DNA of 64,000 nt, taken from Pseudomonadota bacterium. Its GTDB lineage: Bacteria; Bdellovibrionota_G; JALEGL01; DATDPG01. Positions 28,416 through 38,446 of this stretch are shown here, in pieces (within the stretch, counting starts at the first letter, position 1; each line of letters begins with the position of its first letter). The notes beneath the pieces are model-generated. The model was not told where the DNA came from, searched no databases, and saw nothing but the letters and a program-made list of their open reading frames with translations. The position numbers and the translations under genes were made by a program. The stretch lies in NCBI GenBank assembly GCA_043809315.1, contig JAZDDX010000029.1:32001-96000 (forward strand), given 5' to 3'.

Positions 28416-29123
28416 TTACTTCTTCTTGGTCGTCTTCGGCTTGACCGAAGACGGGGGGGCCTGCATCCCGCCGAACGACATCGTTTGCTTGGTGTAATCT
28501 TTCGGAATCTCGAATAGGGCGTCCGCCAACTTCTCCTCTTTGTACTCTTTGAGCTTCATCTCCTGTTCGACCGTGTTCGTCGGATCGACCGCTTTCTTGA
28601 CGGTGAACTCGATCGGAAGGCCGCTCAGGCCGCTCGGCAGGCCGGAGCCCTCTCCGCCCGGACCTTTCGGCGTGCTCTTTTCCAGTTCCGTCAGCGCCTT
28701 CGCCAGCTCTTTGGAGGTGCAGGCTTCCTCCTTACGCCCCTCGACGCTCCTCTCGAAAACGTCGCAGGAGTATTTCCCGATCTTCTTCGTCTTCCCCGTC
28801 GCCTTAAATGGGACCTGTTTCGTCTTCGCTTCGGCCACCGCTTTGGCGTCCGGCACCGGCATCTCCATGTACGACTTCTGCCCCTCCATCAGCATGACGA
28901 ATCCTTTCATCTTGGGGTTCCGGACCATCACCATCTTCCCCATCGGCATCATGGAGCCGGAGCTCTCGAACCGGACCGACTGGTCCTGCAGCATGTAGGA
29001 GGATTCGATCGTCGCGGTCTCACCGCCGTTCTTCACGGTGACGTCGTAGACGATCCGATAGCCGGTCCCGGCCCAAACGGTCGAAGAGGCTGCCAAAAAG
29101 AGGATTCCGATCAGTTTTTTCAT
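28416..29123 (-). CDS. Secreted DUF4412-like protein
   Basis: Signal peptide; KSYMEM, TGKTKKIGKYSC, LFEIPKDY. Confidence 0.75.
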   Translation of the reverse strand: MKKLIGILFLAASSTVWAGTGYRIVYDVTVKNGGETATIESSYMLQDQSVRFESSGSMMPMGKMVMVRNPKMKGFVMLMEGQKSYMEMPVPDAKAVAEAKTKQVPFKATGKTKKIGKYSCDVFERSVEGRKEEACTSKELAKALTELEKSTPKGPGGEGSGLPSGLSGLPIEFTVKKAVDPTNTVEQEMKLKEYKEEKLADALFEIPKDYTKQTMSFGGMQAPPSSVKPKTTKKK

Positions 29124-29185
29124 AGCGACCCCTTTCTATCTGCGCGCTTGCGTACGATCCAGAAGAATTTAAGATGGCGCCACCT

Positions 29186-31726
29186 ATGACGCGCCGAAGT
29201 GTCGCCCGTTACGAACCGCTCAAGATCGAACCGAAATGGCAGAAGGCCTGGACCCGCGCCAAGGCCTTCTCCGCCAAGGACGGCAAGGGGAAGAAGTCGT
29301 ACATCCTCGACATGTTCCCTTACCCCTCCGGCCGGATCCACATGGGGCACGTCCGGAACTACGCGATCGGCGACGTCGTCACCCGATACCGGTTGCACCT
29401 CGGCGAGAACGTCCTCCACCCGATGGGGTTCGATGCCTTCGGGATGCCGGCGGAGAACGCCGCGATTCAGAACAACTCCCACCCCCGGAAATGGACGTAC
29501 GACAACATCGAGTTCATGGAGACGCAGCTCAAACGGATAGGCTTGGCGATCGACTGGGACCGCCGCGTCGTCACCTGCGACCCCGCCTACTACCGCTGGG
29601 AGCAGCAGCTCTTCATCCAGATGTACGAGAAGGGACTCGCCTATCGGAAACGGTCGGTCCAGCATTGGTGCCCGACTTGCGAGACGGTGCTGGCCAACGA
29701 ACAGGTCGAAAACGGGAAATGCTGGCGGTGCGATTCGGCTGTCACGAAGAAAGATCTCGACCAGTGGTTTCTGAAGATCACGGCGTACGCCGACGAACTG
29801 CTCGAGGGATTGAAAGAGCTCGCCGACGGGTGGCCGGAGCGGGTCCTCACCATGCAGCATAACTGGATCGGGCGGAGCGATGGGGCGTACATCGACTTCG
29901 AGATCGAGGGGATGCCTGGGGAGAAGCTCCAGGTCTTCACCACCCGCCCCGACACGCTGTACGGCGCGACCTTTCTCTCGATCGCCCCGGAACACCCGTT
30001 GATCGCGAAGGTCACAAAGCTCGTTTCGAAGGAAAAGCGGGAAGAGTTGCTCGCCTTCGCCGAGAAGGTGAAGAAGACCGACGTCTCCGCCCGGACCGAA
30101 GCCTCGCTCGAGAAGGAGGGGGTCGCCACCGGGATCTTCGGACTCCACCCGTTCACGAAAGAGCGGCTCCCGATCTACGCCGCGAACTTCGTCGTCATGA
30201 TGTACGGAACCGGCGCCGTCATGGCGGTTCCTTGTCACGACCAGCGCGACTTCGAATTCGCCGAGAAGTACGGGATCCCGCGAGCACTCGTCATCCAACC
30301 TCCGGATCAGAACCTGACCACGGAGGAGATGGAAGCGGCGTACGAAGGGCCGGGAACGATGATCCGGTCGGGGGAGTTCGACGGACTGGACAACGAACAG
30401 GGGAAGAAAGAGATCGTCGATGCGCTCCGGAAGATCGGCGCGGGGAAACCGGCGATCACCTATCGGCTTCGTGACTGGGGGATCTCCCGCCAACGGTACT
30501 GGGGGACTCCGATCCCGATGGTTCATTGCGATTCGTGCGGCACCGTCCCCGTGCCGCTCAAAGAGCTTCCTGTCGAACTTCCCTCGAAAGTCCCGCTGAC
30601 CGGCGAAGGGGGTTCCCCCCTCGCGCGGATTCCGTCGTTCGTCAAGACGAAGTGTCCGAAGTGCAGGAAACCGGCCCACCGCGAGACCGACACAATGGAC
30701 ACCTTCATGGAGTCGTCCTGGTATTTCCTCCGGTACTGCTCCCCGAAGTTCAAGAAGGGGTTGTGCGATCCGAAGGCGGTCGACTATTGGATGCCGGTCG
30801 ATCAGTACATCGGAGGGATCGAACATGCGATCCTCCACCTCCTCTACGCCCGGTTCTTAACCCGTGTCCTGCGCGACCTCAAGATGGTGAAGGTCTCCGA
30901 GCCGTTCCAACGCCTCATGACGCAGGGGATGGTGATCAAGGACGGGGAGAAGATGTCGAAGTCGAAAGGGAACGTCGTCGACCCGGACTACCTGATCCAG
31001 AAATACGGCGCCGACACACTCCGCGTCTTCTCGCTCTTTGCCGCCCCGGCGGAGCGGGATCTCGACTGGAGCGACCAGGGGGTCGACGGGGCGTTCCGCT
31101 TCCTCGACCGGTTCTGGCGTTTTGTCCTCAATATCGACGCCGTGACGAGAAAGCTCCCGAAGCTCTCGGACGTTGAGATCCGAAAAGACCCGAAGGCGGA
31201 AGAGGTCCTTCGAGGTTTGCACAAGACGATCCGGGCGGTGACCGAAGGGATCCGACGATTCCATTTCAACACCTCCATCAGCGCCGTCATGGAGCTGGTG
31301 AACAGCATTTCGGGAGAGCATCCCGACTTCTGGAGCCTAGCTCTGGAGCCGGAGAAGGGGTCGGATCTCTCGACCGAGCAGCTGGCGGCCTGGAGGGAGG
31401 CGGCCCGCGCGACGGTGATCCTGATGTCGCCGTTCGCCCCGCACATCACCCAGGAACTCTGGAAGGAGCTGGGGAACAAGAAACTCCTGGCTCGCCACCC
31501 CTGGCCGGCGTTCGACCCGGCGCTGGCGGCCGACGAAATCGTGACCCTGGTCGTCCAGGTGAACGGCAAAGTCCGGGGGAAGGTCGAGATCGAGCGGGGG
31601 GCGGCGGAATCGGCCGTCCTGGCGGCCGCCCAGTCAAACGACAACGTCCGACGGTTCCTCGAGGGGAAACAGATACGGAAGACCATTGTTGTTCCCGACA
31701 AACTGGTTAATCTAGTGATCGGGTGA
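29186..31726 (+). CDS. leuS: Leucine--tRNA ligase
   Basis: [58 protein letters not shown] 29186 preferred because ATG 29174 lies within a TTGCGT-16-TAAGAT promoter. Confidence 0.98.
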   Translation: MTRRSVARYEPLKIEPKWQKAWTRAKAFSAKDGKGKKSYILDMFPYPSGRIHMGHVRNYAIGDVVTRYRLHLGENVLHPMGFDAFGMPAENAAIQNNSHPRKWTYDNIEFMETQLKRIGLAIDWDRRVVTCDPAYYRWEQQLFIQMYEKGLAYRKRSVQHWCPTCETVLANEQVENGKCWRCDSAVTKKDLDQWFLKITAYADELLEGLKELADGWPERVLTMQHNWIGRSDGAYIDFEIEGMPGEKLQVFTTRPDTLYGATFLSIAPEHPLIAKVTKLVSKEKREELLAFAEKVKKTDVSARTEASLEKEGVATGIFGLHPFTKERLPIYAANFVVMMYGTGAVMAVPCHDQRDFEFAEKYGIPRALVIQPPDQNLTTEEMEAAYEGPGTMIRSGEFDGLDNEQGKKEIVDALRKIGAGKPAITYRLRDWGISRQRYWGTPIPMVHCDSCGTVPVPLKELPVELPSKVPLTGEGGSPLARIPSFVKTKCPKCRKPAHRETDTMDTFMESSWYFLRYCSPKFKKGLCDPKAVDYWMPVDQYIGGIEHAILHLLYARFLTRVLRDLKMVKVSEPFQRLMTQGMVIKDGEKMSKSKGNVVDPDYLIQKYGADTLRVFSLFAAPAERDLDWSDQGVDGAFRFLDRFWRFVLNIDAVTRKLPKLSDVEIRKDPKAEEVLRGLHKTIRAVTEGIRRFHFNTSISAVMELVNSISGEHPDFWSLALEPEKGSDLSTEQLAAWREAARATVILMSPFAPHITQELWKELGNKKLLARHPWPAFDPALAADEIVTLVVQVNGKVRGKVEIERGAAESAVLAAAQSNDNVRRFLEGKQIRKTIVVPDKLVNLVIG

Positions 31727-32679
31727 AGATCTCTCCGGTTGTATTTGTCGTAGGCGCGCAACCCCTTCAGCAGAAGCTGTTCGTGGAGGAGGTGCGGAAG
31801 AATCTCTTTCCGAACGGATCCGGAGGTTTGAACGACGACACGTTCGACGCGAAGGAGAAGAACCTCGTCGAGATCCTCGACCTCGCCAACACTTTCCCGA
31901 TGCTCGCTCCGAAACGCCTCGTGGTGGTGACCCTCGCCGACGATCCCAAAGAGGCGGATGAGACGCGCTGGATCTCGTACGTCGAGAACCCCTCGCCGAA
32001 CACGGTGTTGGTCGGCCTCGCCGCAAAGTTGGACAAGCGAAAACGGCTCTTCAAGGCGTTGGACAAGATCGACGCGATTGTGACTCTCCCCGATCCGAAG
32101 GCACGGGAGATTCCGGTTTGGGTCGAGCAGTTGGCGCGCCATCATGCCGTGACGTTCACGCCAAGAGCTAAGTTGCTCCTGGCAGAGGCAGTCGGGACCG
32201 ACCTCACGCTTCTCGACCAGGAGATCGCGAAGCTCGCCCTCTACGCCCACCCGGCGACGACGATCGACGAGAAGATGGTTGCAGAATTGGTTCTGGAGAC
32301 GGCCGAGGCGAACATCTTCGAATTCACCGACCAGGTGGTCGAACGGCGAACGGGCGAGGCGCTCCATACGATGGACCGGTTGATCGCGACCGGTACCCCT
32401 CCCCTTGTTCTTTTGACCATGCTGACCCGGCACCTTCGGATCCTTTGGAAGGCGAACCACCACACGAAATCACGAACCAATCGAAATGAGCTGCCCGCCA
32501 TACTGGGTGTGCCCCCATTCGCCGTTTCACGATACATGGATCAGGCGAGAAGCTTTCAGACCCCGACGTTGAAGCAGGCTCTGTCGGAGTTGGGAAATCT
32601 CGACCGCGATCTCAAGTCAAGCGGTCTTCCGGCGAAGCTCTTGATGGAGCGATCGCTGCGAACGATAACGGCGATTTAA
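31723..32679 (+). CDS. holA: DNA polymerase III delta subunit
   Basis: GTG coupled to the leuS stop; [34 protein letters not shown]; position after leuS. Confidence 0.9.
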   Translation: MKISPVVFVVGAQPLQQKLFVEEVRKNLFPNGSGGLNDDTFDAKEKNLVEILDLANTFPMLAPKRLVVVTLADDPKEADETRWISYVENPSPNTVLVGLAAKLDKRKRLFKALDKIDAIVTLPDPKAREIPVWVEQLARHHAVTFTPRAKLLLAEAVGTDLTLLDQEIAKLALYAHPATTIDEKMVAELVLETAEANIFEFTDQVVERRTGEALHTMDRLIATGTPPLVLLTMLTRHLRILWKANHHTKSRTNRNELPAILGVPPFAVSRYMDQARSFQTPTLKQALSELGNLDRDLKSSGLPAKLLMERSLRTITAI

Positions 32680-32750
32680 CCTTTCCCACTCTCCGGTTTC
32701 CGGTCGAAACGTCCGATTACGGACCGGATTACGAACTCACTTGAACCCCC

Positions 32751-32790
32751 TTGCCCATTTAGGGGCAAACGGGTCGGTATCTCTCTTGCA
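32751..32790 (+). promoter_or_regulatory. Palindrome and sigma54-like motif upstream of hicA
   Basis: TTGCCC-N6-GGGCAA (32751-32768); CGGTATCTCTCTTGCA (32775-32790, GG-N10-GC). Confidence 0.45.
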
Positions 32791-32806
32791 ATGTCTCAAT
32801 TCACGA

Positions 32807-33001
32807 ATGAAGCGTCGGGAACTCGAGAGGAAGCTCAAGGCTATGGGCTGGCGTCTCCTTCGCCATGGCAGCCACCATGATATCTGGACGAACGGGGAAG
32901 ATCAGGTCGAGGTCCCGAGACACCCGGAAATCCATGAGAAATTGGCTCGATACGGAATCCTACGAATCGCCAACGCGAGCCCAGGCTGGAGGGGGGATTG
33001 A
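32807..33001 (+). CDS. hicA: HicA-family mRNA interferase toxin
   Basis: MKRRELERKL..GW.LLRHGSHHDIW..VPRHPEI. Confidence 0.9.
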   Translation: MKRRELERKLKAMGWRLLRHGSHHDIWTNGEDQVEVPRHPEIHEKLARYGILRIANASPGWRGD

Positions 33002-33026
33002 TGTCATACAAATATGTTTGTATGAT
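32998..33026 (+). promoter_or_regulatory. Internal sigma70 promoter with operator palindrome between hicA and hicB
   Basis: TTGATG-17-TATGAT; inverted repeat TCATACAAA-TATG-TTTGTATGA (33004-33025). Confidence 0.75.
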
Positions 33027-33055
33027 GAAATCGGGCTCTGCGGAAAGGAGTTCAT

Positions 33056-33469
33056 ATGCTCACGTTTGAGGGACAGATCATTGAGGACGGTCGTTATTGG
33101 CTGGTGGCGATTCCAGCCCTCAATCTGGCTACCCAGGGCCGGTCGAAAAGGGAGGCGTATCGAATGGCCCGAAACGTTGTGATCGACGCCAGCGGAAACG
33201 ACCGATTGGAGGTAACCCTGATGAAGGGGCCCGGGAACACTTTTCTATTAACCTCCTCCGATCTCGAAACCCTGATTCCCTTGCTCCTTAAGAAACAGCG
33301 CCAAAAAGCAGGTCTCTCGGTGGCGCAAGCTTCGCGTAGGCTCGGGTCGAACTCGTCGAACGCCTACGGGGTATACGAGTATGGCCGCGCAAGACCGACA
33401 CTACGAAAGCTGGAACAGCTCCTTCGGGCGATCAACCCCGCACACCGGGTGACGCTCAAGTGCGCCTAA
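33056..33469 (+). CDS. hicB: HicB-family antitoxin with C-terminal XRE HTH
   Basis: WLVAIPALNLATQGRSKREA; RQKAGLSVAQASRRLG..YEYGRARPT; AAGGAG RBS. Confidence 0.88.
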   Translation: MLTFEGQIIEDGRYWLVAIPALNLATQGRSKREAYRMARNVVIDASGNDRLEVTLMKGPGNTFLLTSSDLETLIPLLLKKQRQKAGLSVAQASRRLGSNSSNAYGVYEYGRARPTLRKLEQLLRAINPAHRVTLKCA

Positions 33470-33485
33470 GTTGGTGGGATATCTC

Positions 33486-33746
33486 CTAAAGGGAGGAAAC
33501 GAGCTTGGAGAGGCGGCCGACCCGGCGGGCGGCGGTGTTGCGGTGGAGGGCCCCCTTGCCGCGGGCCTTGTAGATCTCTTTGGTGGCGAACGACAGAGCC
33601 TTCGACGCGGAATCCTTGTCCTTCTTGGTCACGGCCTCGACGACCTTCTTGGAGGCGGTACGGACGCGGCTCTTCCACCAGCGGTTGCGGGTTTGGGCCT
33701 TCAGGCTCTCGCGATGTCTCTTCTCTGCCGACTTGTGTCTCACCAT
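33486..33746 (-). CDS. rpsT: 30S ribosomal protein S20
   Basis: HKSAEKR..RN..KSRVRTA..KG.LHRNTAARR. Confidence 0.96.
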   Translation of the reverse strand: MVRHKSAEKRHRESLKAQTRNRWWKSRVRTASKKVVEAVTKKDKDSASKALSFATKEIYKARGKGALHRNTAARRVGRLSKLVSSL

Positions 33747-33757
33747 AAGAGGGCGGC

Positions 33758-33827
33758 CTGATACCGCGTCCGGCCCGCCCCTGTCAAGAAAAAGCCTTTG
33801 ACAATCGCGCCTTTCATTCAGTAAGTA
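33758..33827. promoter_or_regulatory. Back-to-back divergent rpsT/rpsA promoters
   Basis: TTGACA on the minus strand (33782-33787) and on the plus strand (33798-33803), each 18 nt from a TA-initiated -10 (TATCAG, TAAGTA). Confidence 0.55.
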
Positions 33828-33885
33828 AGCCCGCCTATTAGGTTTCCTTGGGGCTGGAGCCTGGGGATCCCGGAAAGAAGTCGAA

Positions 33886-35607
33886 TTGAACCAAATGGAA
33901 ACGAATCACGAGAGTTTTGAGAAACTGTTTTTGGCCTCCGTGGCGGACGAAAAGGAAGTGCGCGAGGGGCAGATCGTATCGGGGACCGTCATCAAAGTCG
34001 GTCGCGAGGCGGTCACGATCGACATCGGATACAAGTCGGAGGGGCAGGTCTCTTTGGGCGAATTCCGCCACCGGGACGGATCGATCACGGTCGCGGTCGG
34101 TGACAAGGTCGACGTCTTCCTCGAGAGCACGGAAGACGACGAAGGGCTCGTCATCGTATCGAAAGAGAAGGCCGACAAGCTGAAGATCTGGGACGAGATC
34201 GCCGAGGCCTGCGAGAAGAGCGAAGTGGTCGAAGGACGGATCGTCGAACGAGTCAAGGGAGGCGTTTCCGTCGACATCGGCGTCAAAGCGTTCCTCCCCG
34301 GCTCGCAGATCGATCTCACCCCGATCCGCGATCTCGATTCGCTGCTGGGAAAGACGTTCCAGTTCAAGATCATCAAGTTCAACAAGATGCGGGGGAACAT
34401 CGTTTTGAGCCGCCGAGTTCTTCTGGAGAAGGCACGGGAAGCCCAACGCGAGAAGACCCTCGAGGTTCTCGCCGAAGGTGCGATTCTCCAGGGAACGGTC
34501 AAGAACCTGACCGACTACGGTGCATTCATCGACCTCGGGGGAATCGACGGCCTCCTGCACATCACCGACGTGTCGTGGAAGCGGATCAACCACCCGAACG
34601 AGGTGTTGACCGTTGGAAGCACGATCACGGTGAAGGTCCTCAAGTTCGACCAGGAGAAGGAGCGCGTTTCCCTTGGCTTGAAACAGATGAGCGAGGATCC
34701 GTGGGCACAGGCCGACATGCGGTATCCGAAGAACGTCCGGGTCAAGGGGAAGGTCGTCAACCTCACCGATTACGGTGCATTCATCGAAGTGGAGGACGGC
34801 GTCGAAGGGTTGATTCACGTCTCCGAAATGTCGTGGACGAAGCGGATCAAACATCCTTCCGCGATCCTGGCCCTTGGGACCGCCGTGGAAGCTGTGGTTC
34901 TCGACCTCGACAAGGACAACCGACGGATGTCGTTGGGGCTCAAACAAACCCAGCCGAACCCGTGGGACGACCTGGTGAAGAAGTACCCCCCGGGAACCAA
35001 GATCAAGGGAGAAGTGAGGAACGTCACCGATTTCGGCCTCTTCGTGGAGGTCGAGGAAGGGATCGACGGGCTCATTCACGTCTCCGATCTTTCCTGGTCG
35101 ACTAAGGTCAAGAACCCGCACGATGTCTTCAAGAAAGGGGACGTCGTCGAGGCGGTGGTCTTGAACGTCGATCCGTCGGCGGAGCGTTTCTCGCTCGGGA
35201 TCAAGCAGTTGTCCGACGATCCGTGGCAAGCGGCAGCCGATCAGTATTCGATCGGAAACGAGGTCGAAGGGGAGATCACGAAGGTGGCGGAGTTCGGCCT
35301 CTTCGTGAAGGTGGCGGACGACATCGAAGGTCTGGTCCACGTCTCCGAGATCGCCGACGAGAAGATCGAGGACCTGAACACCCGCTTCAAGGCCGGGGAG
35401 AAGGTCAAAGCGATGATCATCTCGCTCGACCCGAACGACCGGAAGATGAGCCTCTCGATCAAAGCGACCCTCCATCCGGAGAAAGCGGCCGCGGCGATCA
35501 AGAAGGAGAAGAAACCGTCTCGCCCGACCCTCGGCGACATCATGGACGAAGGGCTCAAGAAGAAGGGGCGCAAGTCGAAGAAGGAGCCTGAAGAAGGCGC
35601 GGCTTGA
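33886..35607 (+). CDS. rpsA: 30S ribosomal protein S1
   Basis: DIGYKSEG, AFLPGSQID, six S1 repeats (DYGAFI..G.DGL.H.SE/D.SW). Start is TTG 33886 or ATG 33895. Confidence 0.98.
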   Translation: MNQMETNHESFEKLFLASVADEKEVREGQIVSGTVIKVGREAVTIDIGYKSEGQVSLGEFRHRDGSITVAVGDKVDVFLESTEDDEGLVIVSKEKADKLKIWDEIAEACEKSEVVEGRIVERVKGGVSVDIGVKAFLPGSQIDLTPIRDLDSLLGKTFQFKIIKFNKMRGNIVLSRRVLLEKAREAQREKTLEVLAEGAILQGTVKNLTDYGAFIDLGGIDGLLHITDVSWKRINHPNEVLTVGSTITVKVLKFDQEKERVSLGLKQMSEDPWAQADMRYPKNVRVKGKVVNLTDYGAFIEVEDGVEGLIHVSEMSWTKRIKHPSAILALGTAVEAVVLDLDKDNRRMSLGLKQTQPNPWDDLVKKYPPGTKIKGEVRNVTDFGLFVEVEEGIDGLIHVSDLSWSTKVKNPHDVFKKGDVVEAVVLNVDPSAERFSLGIKQLSDDPWQAAADQYSIGNEVEGEITKVAEFGLFVKVADDIEGLVHVSEIADEKIEDLNTRFKAGEKVKAMIISLDPNDRKMSLSIKATLHPEKAAAAIKKEKKPSRPTLGDIMDEGLKKKGRKSKKEPEEGAA

Positions 35608-36443
35608 GGCGGCTCTACAAAGTCCTCCTCCTCGTACTGCTCGTCGGAATCTTTCTCGAGCTCGGTTCGATCGTTCATATTCTCTCGGGGGAGGAACATC
35701 CTCGCGGGAACATCGCGGTCGTCGACGTGAAGGGGGAGATCTCCGATTCGCGGGAGACGGTCGCTTCTCTAAAAAAGTACGTGAAAGAGGAGGATGTCAA
35801 GGCGATCGTCCTCCGGGTCGACTCGCCGGGAGGAACCGTCGGTGCCTCCCAGGAGATCCACGATCAGGTTCTCGAGACCCTAAAGAAGAAACCGATCATT
35901 ATATCGATGGGGGATGTCGCCGCTTCGGGGGGGTATTACATCGCGGCGCCGGCCACGAAGATCGTCGCCAACCCCGGGACGATCACCGGATCGATCGGCG
36001 TGATCTCCCATTTCTTCGTCGTCGAGAATCTTCTCAAGAAATTCCACCTCAAGTGGGAAGTGATTCAGGGGGGGAAGATGAAAGATCTCGGATCCCCCCT
36101 GCGCAACCTCACTCCGGAAGAGAGGAAGCTCCTTCAGGTAATGACGGACGACGTCCACGCCCAGTTCATTGAGGCGGTCGCCAAGGGAAGGAAGCTCCCG
36201 ACCGAGAAGGTGAAGGCGCTTGCCGATGGCCGCGTGATGAGCGGCAGACAGGCGAAAGCCGCCGGACTCGTCGACGATCTGGGGGGCCTCGAGCATGCGA
36301 TTGACGTTGCGGCAAAACTCACCGGGGTCGCGGAACCGGACGTGATCTATCCGAAGGAAAAACGATTGGGGTGGCTGCGGCGCTGGGTGGAGGGGAAAAT
36401 GGATGCGCCAGCTCTCAAAACGGAATATCGTTTTCTCCCGTGA
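35604..36443 (+). CDS. sppA: Signal peptide peptidase SppA (36K type)
   Basis: LRVDSPGG, AASGGYY, TGSIGV, ADGRV; N-terminal TM helix. Confidence 0.95.
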   Translation: MRRLYKVLLLVLLVGIFLELGSIVHILSGEEHPRGNIAVVDVKGEISDSRETVASLKKYVKEEDVKAIVLRVDSPGGTVGASQEIHDQVLETLKKKPIIISMGDVAASGGYYIAAPATKIVANPGTITGSIGVISHFFVVENLLKKFHLKWEVIQGGKMKDLGSPLRNLTPEERKLLQVMTDDVHAQFIEAVAKGRKLPTEKVKALADGRVMSGRQAKAAGLVDDLGGLEHAIDVAAKLTGVAEPDVIYPKEKRLGWLRRWVEGKMDAPALKTEYRFLP

Positions 36444-36931
36444 ACCTTCTCTGGGCCCCCTGGCGAATCCGTTTCATTCTGGAAGGTCTCAAGGAACCGG
36501 GGTGCGTTTTTTGTAAAGCGATCCGTTCGAACGACGACTCCAAACATCTGATCCTCCACCGCTCCGAGCATTCGTTCACGATTCTCAACAAGTATCCATA
36601 TAACAGCGGGCATTTGATGGTCGTCCCGAACCGGCATACCGGGAACTTCACCGACCTTTCGGTCGAGGAGCTGTCGGACATCCATCAGGAGATCCAGCGC
36701 GCGGTCCTGGCCTTGACCGATTCGATGCGCCCGCAGGGGTTCAATGTCGGGATGAATATCGGTGAGGCGGGGGGGGCCGGAATCCGGGACCATCTCCACT
36801 ATCACGTGGTCCCCCGATGGAACGGCGACACGAATTACCTCCCTGTCTTAGGCGAAACGAAGGTCCTCCCGGAGGGGCTAGAAGAGACCTGCGCCCGCAT
36901 CCTCCAGGTCTATAAGAAGACCCGCTCCTAG
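36440..36931 (+). CDS. HIT-family (Fhit/Ap4A phosphorylase-like) protein
   Basis: LWAPWR, CVFC, NKYPYNSGHLM, HLHYHVVPRW; GTGA overlap with sppA. Confidence 0.93.
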   Translation: MNLLWAPWRIRFILEGLKEPGCVFCKAIRSNDDSKHLILHRSEHSFTILNKYPYNSGHLMVVPNRHTGNFTDLSVEELSDIHQEIQRAVLALTDSMRPQGFNVGMNIGEAGGAGIRDHLHYHVVPRWNGDTNYLPVLGETKVLPEGLEETCARILQVYKKTRS

Positions 36932-37051
36932 CCCCATCCGGTGGGCACCGGCGCCTCACCTTGGGCACCCCAATCTGCCGATCTTCCCACCCGTACGTTT
37001 GAACTAAATAACAATATTAGTATCTTCACGCGCAACCCCGGGCCTCCCCAA

Positions 37052-37067
37052 TGGTACGATCCTTGCT
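37052..37067 (+). promoter_or_regulatory. Sigma54 promoter
   Basis: TGGTACGATCCTTGCT preceded by an AT-rich tract (37000-37025). Confidence 0.65.
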
Positions 37068-37195
37068 CATATCCCCCGTGAGAGGCTACAAACCAAATGC
37101 TGTATAGCGTCACATATGGCTTGACACAAACTAACGCGACGTGTTACGTGCGCGAACGAGCTAGCAGCTTTAGGAACTCGAAAGAGGTGAAGAAC

Positions 37196-38428
37196 ATGTT
37201 CTATCGGACATCCTGGGTTTTCCTTTTAACAGCCCTCTTTGTTGGTTCGGCAACAGCCCAACCTCCCGCCGAGGTGAGCGCCCCCGCCGCCGGAACTGAA
37301 ATCCAAGCGGTTCCTTCGGCGCAAGCGCCCGCCGCCGTCGCCCCGCAACCTCAGGTCGTTCCCGTAGCCGCCCCGCAGGATCTGCCGAAACCGGCGGCCG
37401 CCCCGGAGGAAAAGAGGATCAAGGGAATGTCGTTGTCCCCCTCGCTCGGGGTTTATCCGATTGGATACGACAACGTCGGAATCCAGGGGCCGGAAGCAAG
37501 ACGATATTATTTCTCCCTAGCTCCCGAACTCGCACTCGCGGCTTCGTTCAAAACGTCGACCGACAAGACGATCGACCTCTCCCTCAGTTACTCTTTCGAG
37601 TGGCGCGAGTACTACAATAAAGGGGACTCGCGACGGGACTTCACAAACGTCTTCGGCGCCTCCCTTTCCGTTCCTTTTAGCGACCGTATTTCCACGAAGT
37701 TGCCGGCTCAATTTCTCTACTTTTTCAAGACAGGGACCGATGAGGATGGGGACGCCGCGTTCGACTTCGTCAGCGAACCCCAGGTCTCGTTCAAGACGAA
37801 CGATCAGCTGAGCTTCCGGCTCGGGTACTGGTTCCGCTTCACCAGCTTCCCTACGAGCCTTCTCGGGCCGGGGGATCTGATGTCTTCCCCGTTGGATCTG
37901 GACGCTATGGATCGGGGTTCTCTGTGGTCCGACGCCACCCTGGACCCCAATTACGACACGTCTTCGTACGGCTATTTATCCGAGAGCACCGCGAACGATT
38001 TCGACCTCCAAAGGAAGTGGGAACACCTTCAAGGCGTAAGCACGGGTGTTTCTTACACCCCGATCAAGGGAACGAATCTCGGTCTTTATTATCGCTATGT
38101 CTTCCTGTCGTTTTCGAACAGCAGCGGAAGCATCGCTACCGCCCATTTCATCACGCCGAGCGTTTCACAGGACCTCCCCTGGGCAGGCGGAACGATTTCG
38201 CTCACGAACGAATTGCGCTTGAAGAGCTGCAAGTATGCCACGATCACCGATGGCTCGGCCCTGAAAAAGACACTGCGGAACCGCCTCGTGGTGACCGTTT
38301 CACAGGAGATCACGAAGTATCTTACATTCGACGCCTACTACCGGCTGGAGATGAACGGAAAGAACGAGACCGATTACGACCTGAGCAACTACAACCAGAT
38401 CTTCGCAGGGGTGAAAATCGGCTTCTGA
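37196..38428 (+). CDS. Secreted protein, probable outer-membrane beta-barrel
   Basis: GAGGT RBS, signal peptide ending ATA-Q, A/P linker, Tyr/Phe-rich strands, terminal VKIGF. Confidence 0.8.
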   Translation: MFYRTSWVFLLTALFVGSATAQPPAEVSAPAAGTEIQAVPSAQAPAAVAPQPQVVPVAAPQDLPKPAAAPEEKRIKGMSLSPSLGVYPIGYDNVGIQGPEARRYYFSLAPELALAASFKTSTDKTIDLSLSYSFEWREYYNKGDSRRDFTNVFGASLSVPFSDRISTKLPAQFLYFFKTGTDEDGDAAFDFVSEPQVSFKTNDQLSFRLGYWFRFTSFPTSLLGPGDLMSSPLDLDAMDRGSLWSDATLDPNYDTSSYGYLSESTANDFDLQRKWEHLQGVSTGVSYTPIKGTNLGLYYRYVFLSFSNSSGSIATAHFITPSVSQDLPWAGGTISLTNELRLKSCKYATITDGSALKKTLRNRLVVTVSQEITKYLTFDAYYRLEMNGKNETDYDLSNYNQIFAGVKIGF

Positions 38429-38446
38429 TTTCGGGAGGACGAGGAG

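Noticed and set aside
29120-35475. Long antisense ORFs (29120-30838, 30988-32463, 33838-35475) and similar ones over ppdK, fabF, the CoA-transferase and the GH genes
   Set aside because: Shadow ORFs produced by high GC3 codon bias of recognised genes; no motifs of their own.
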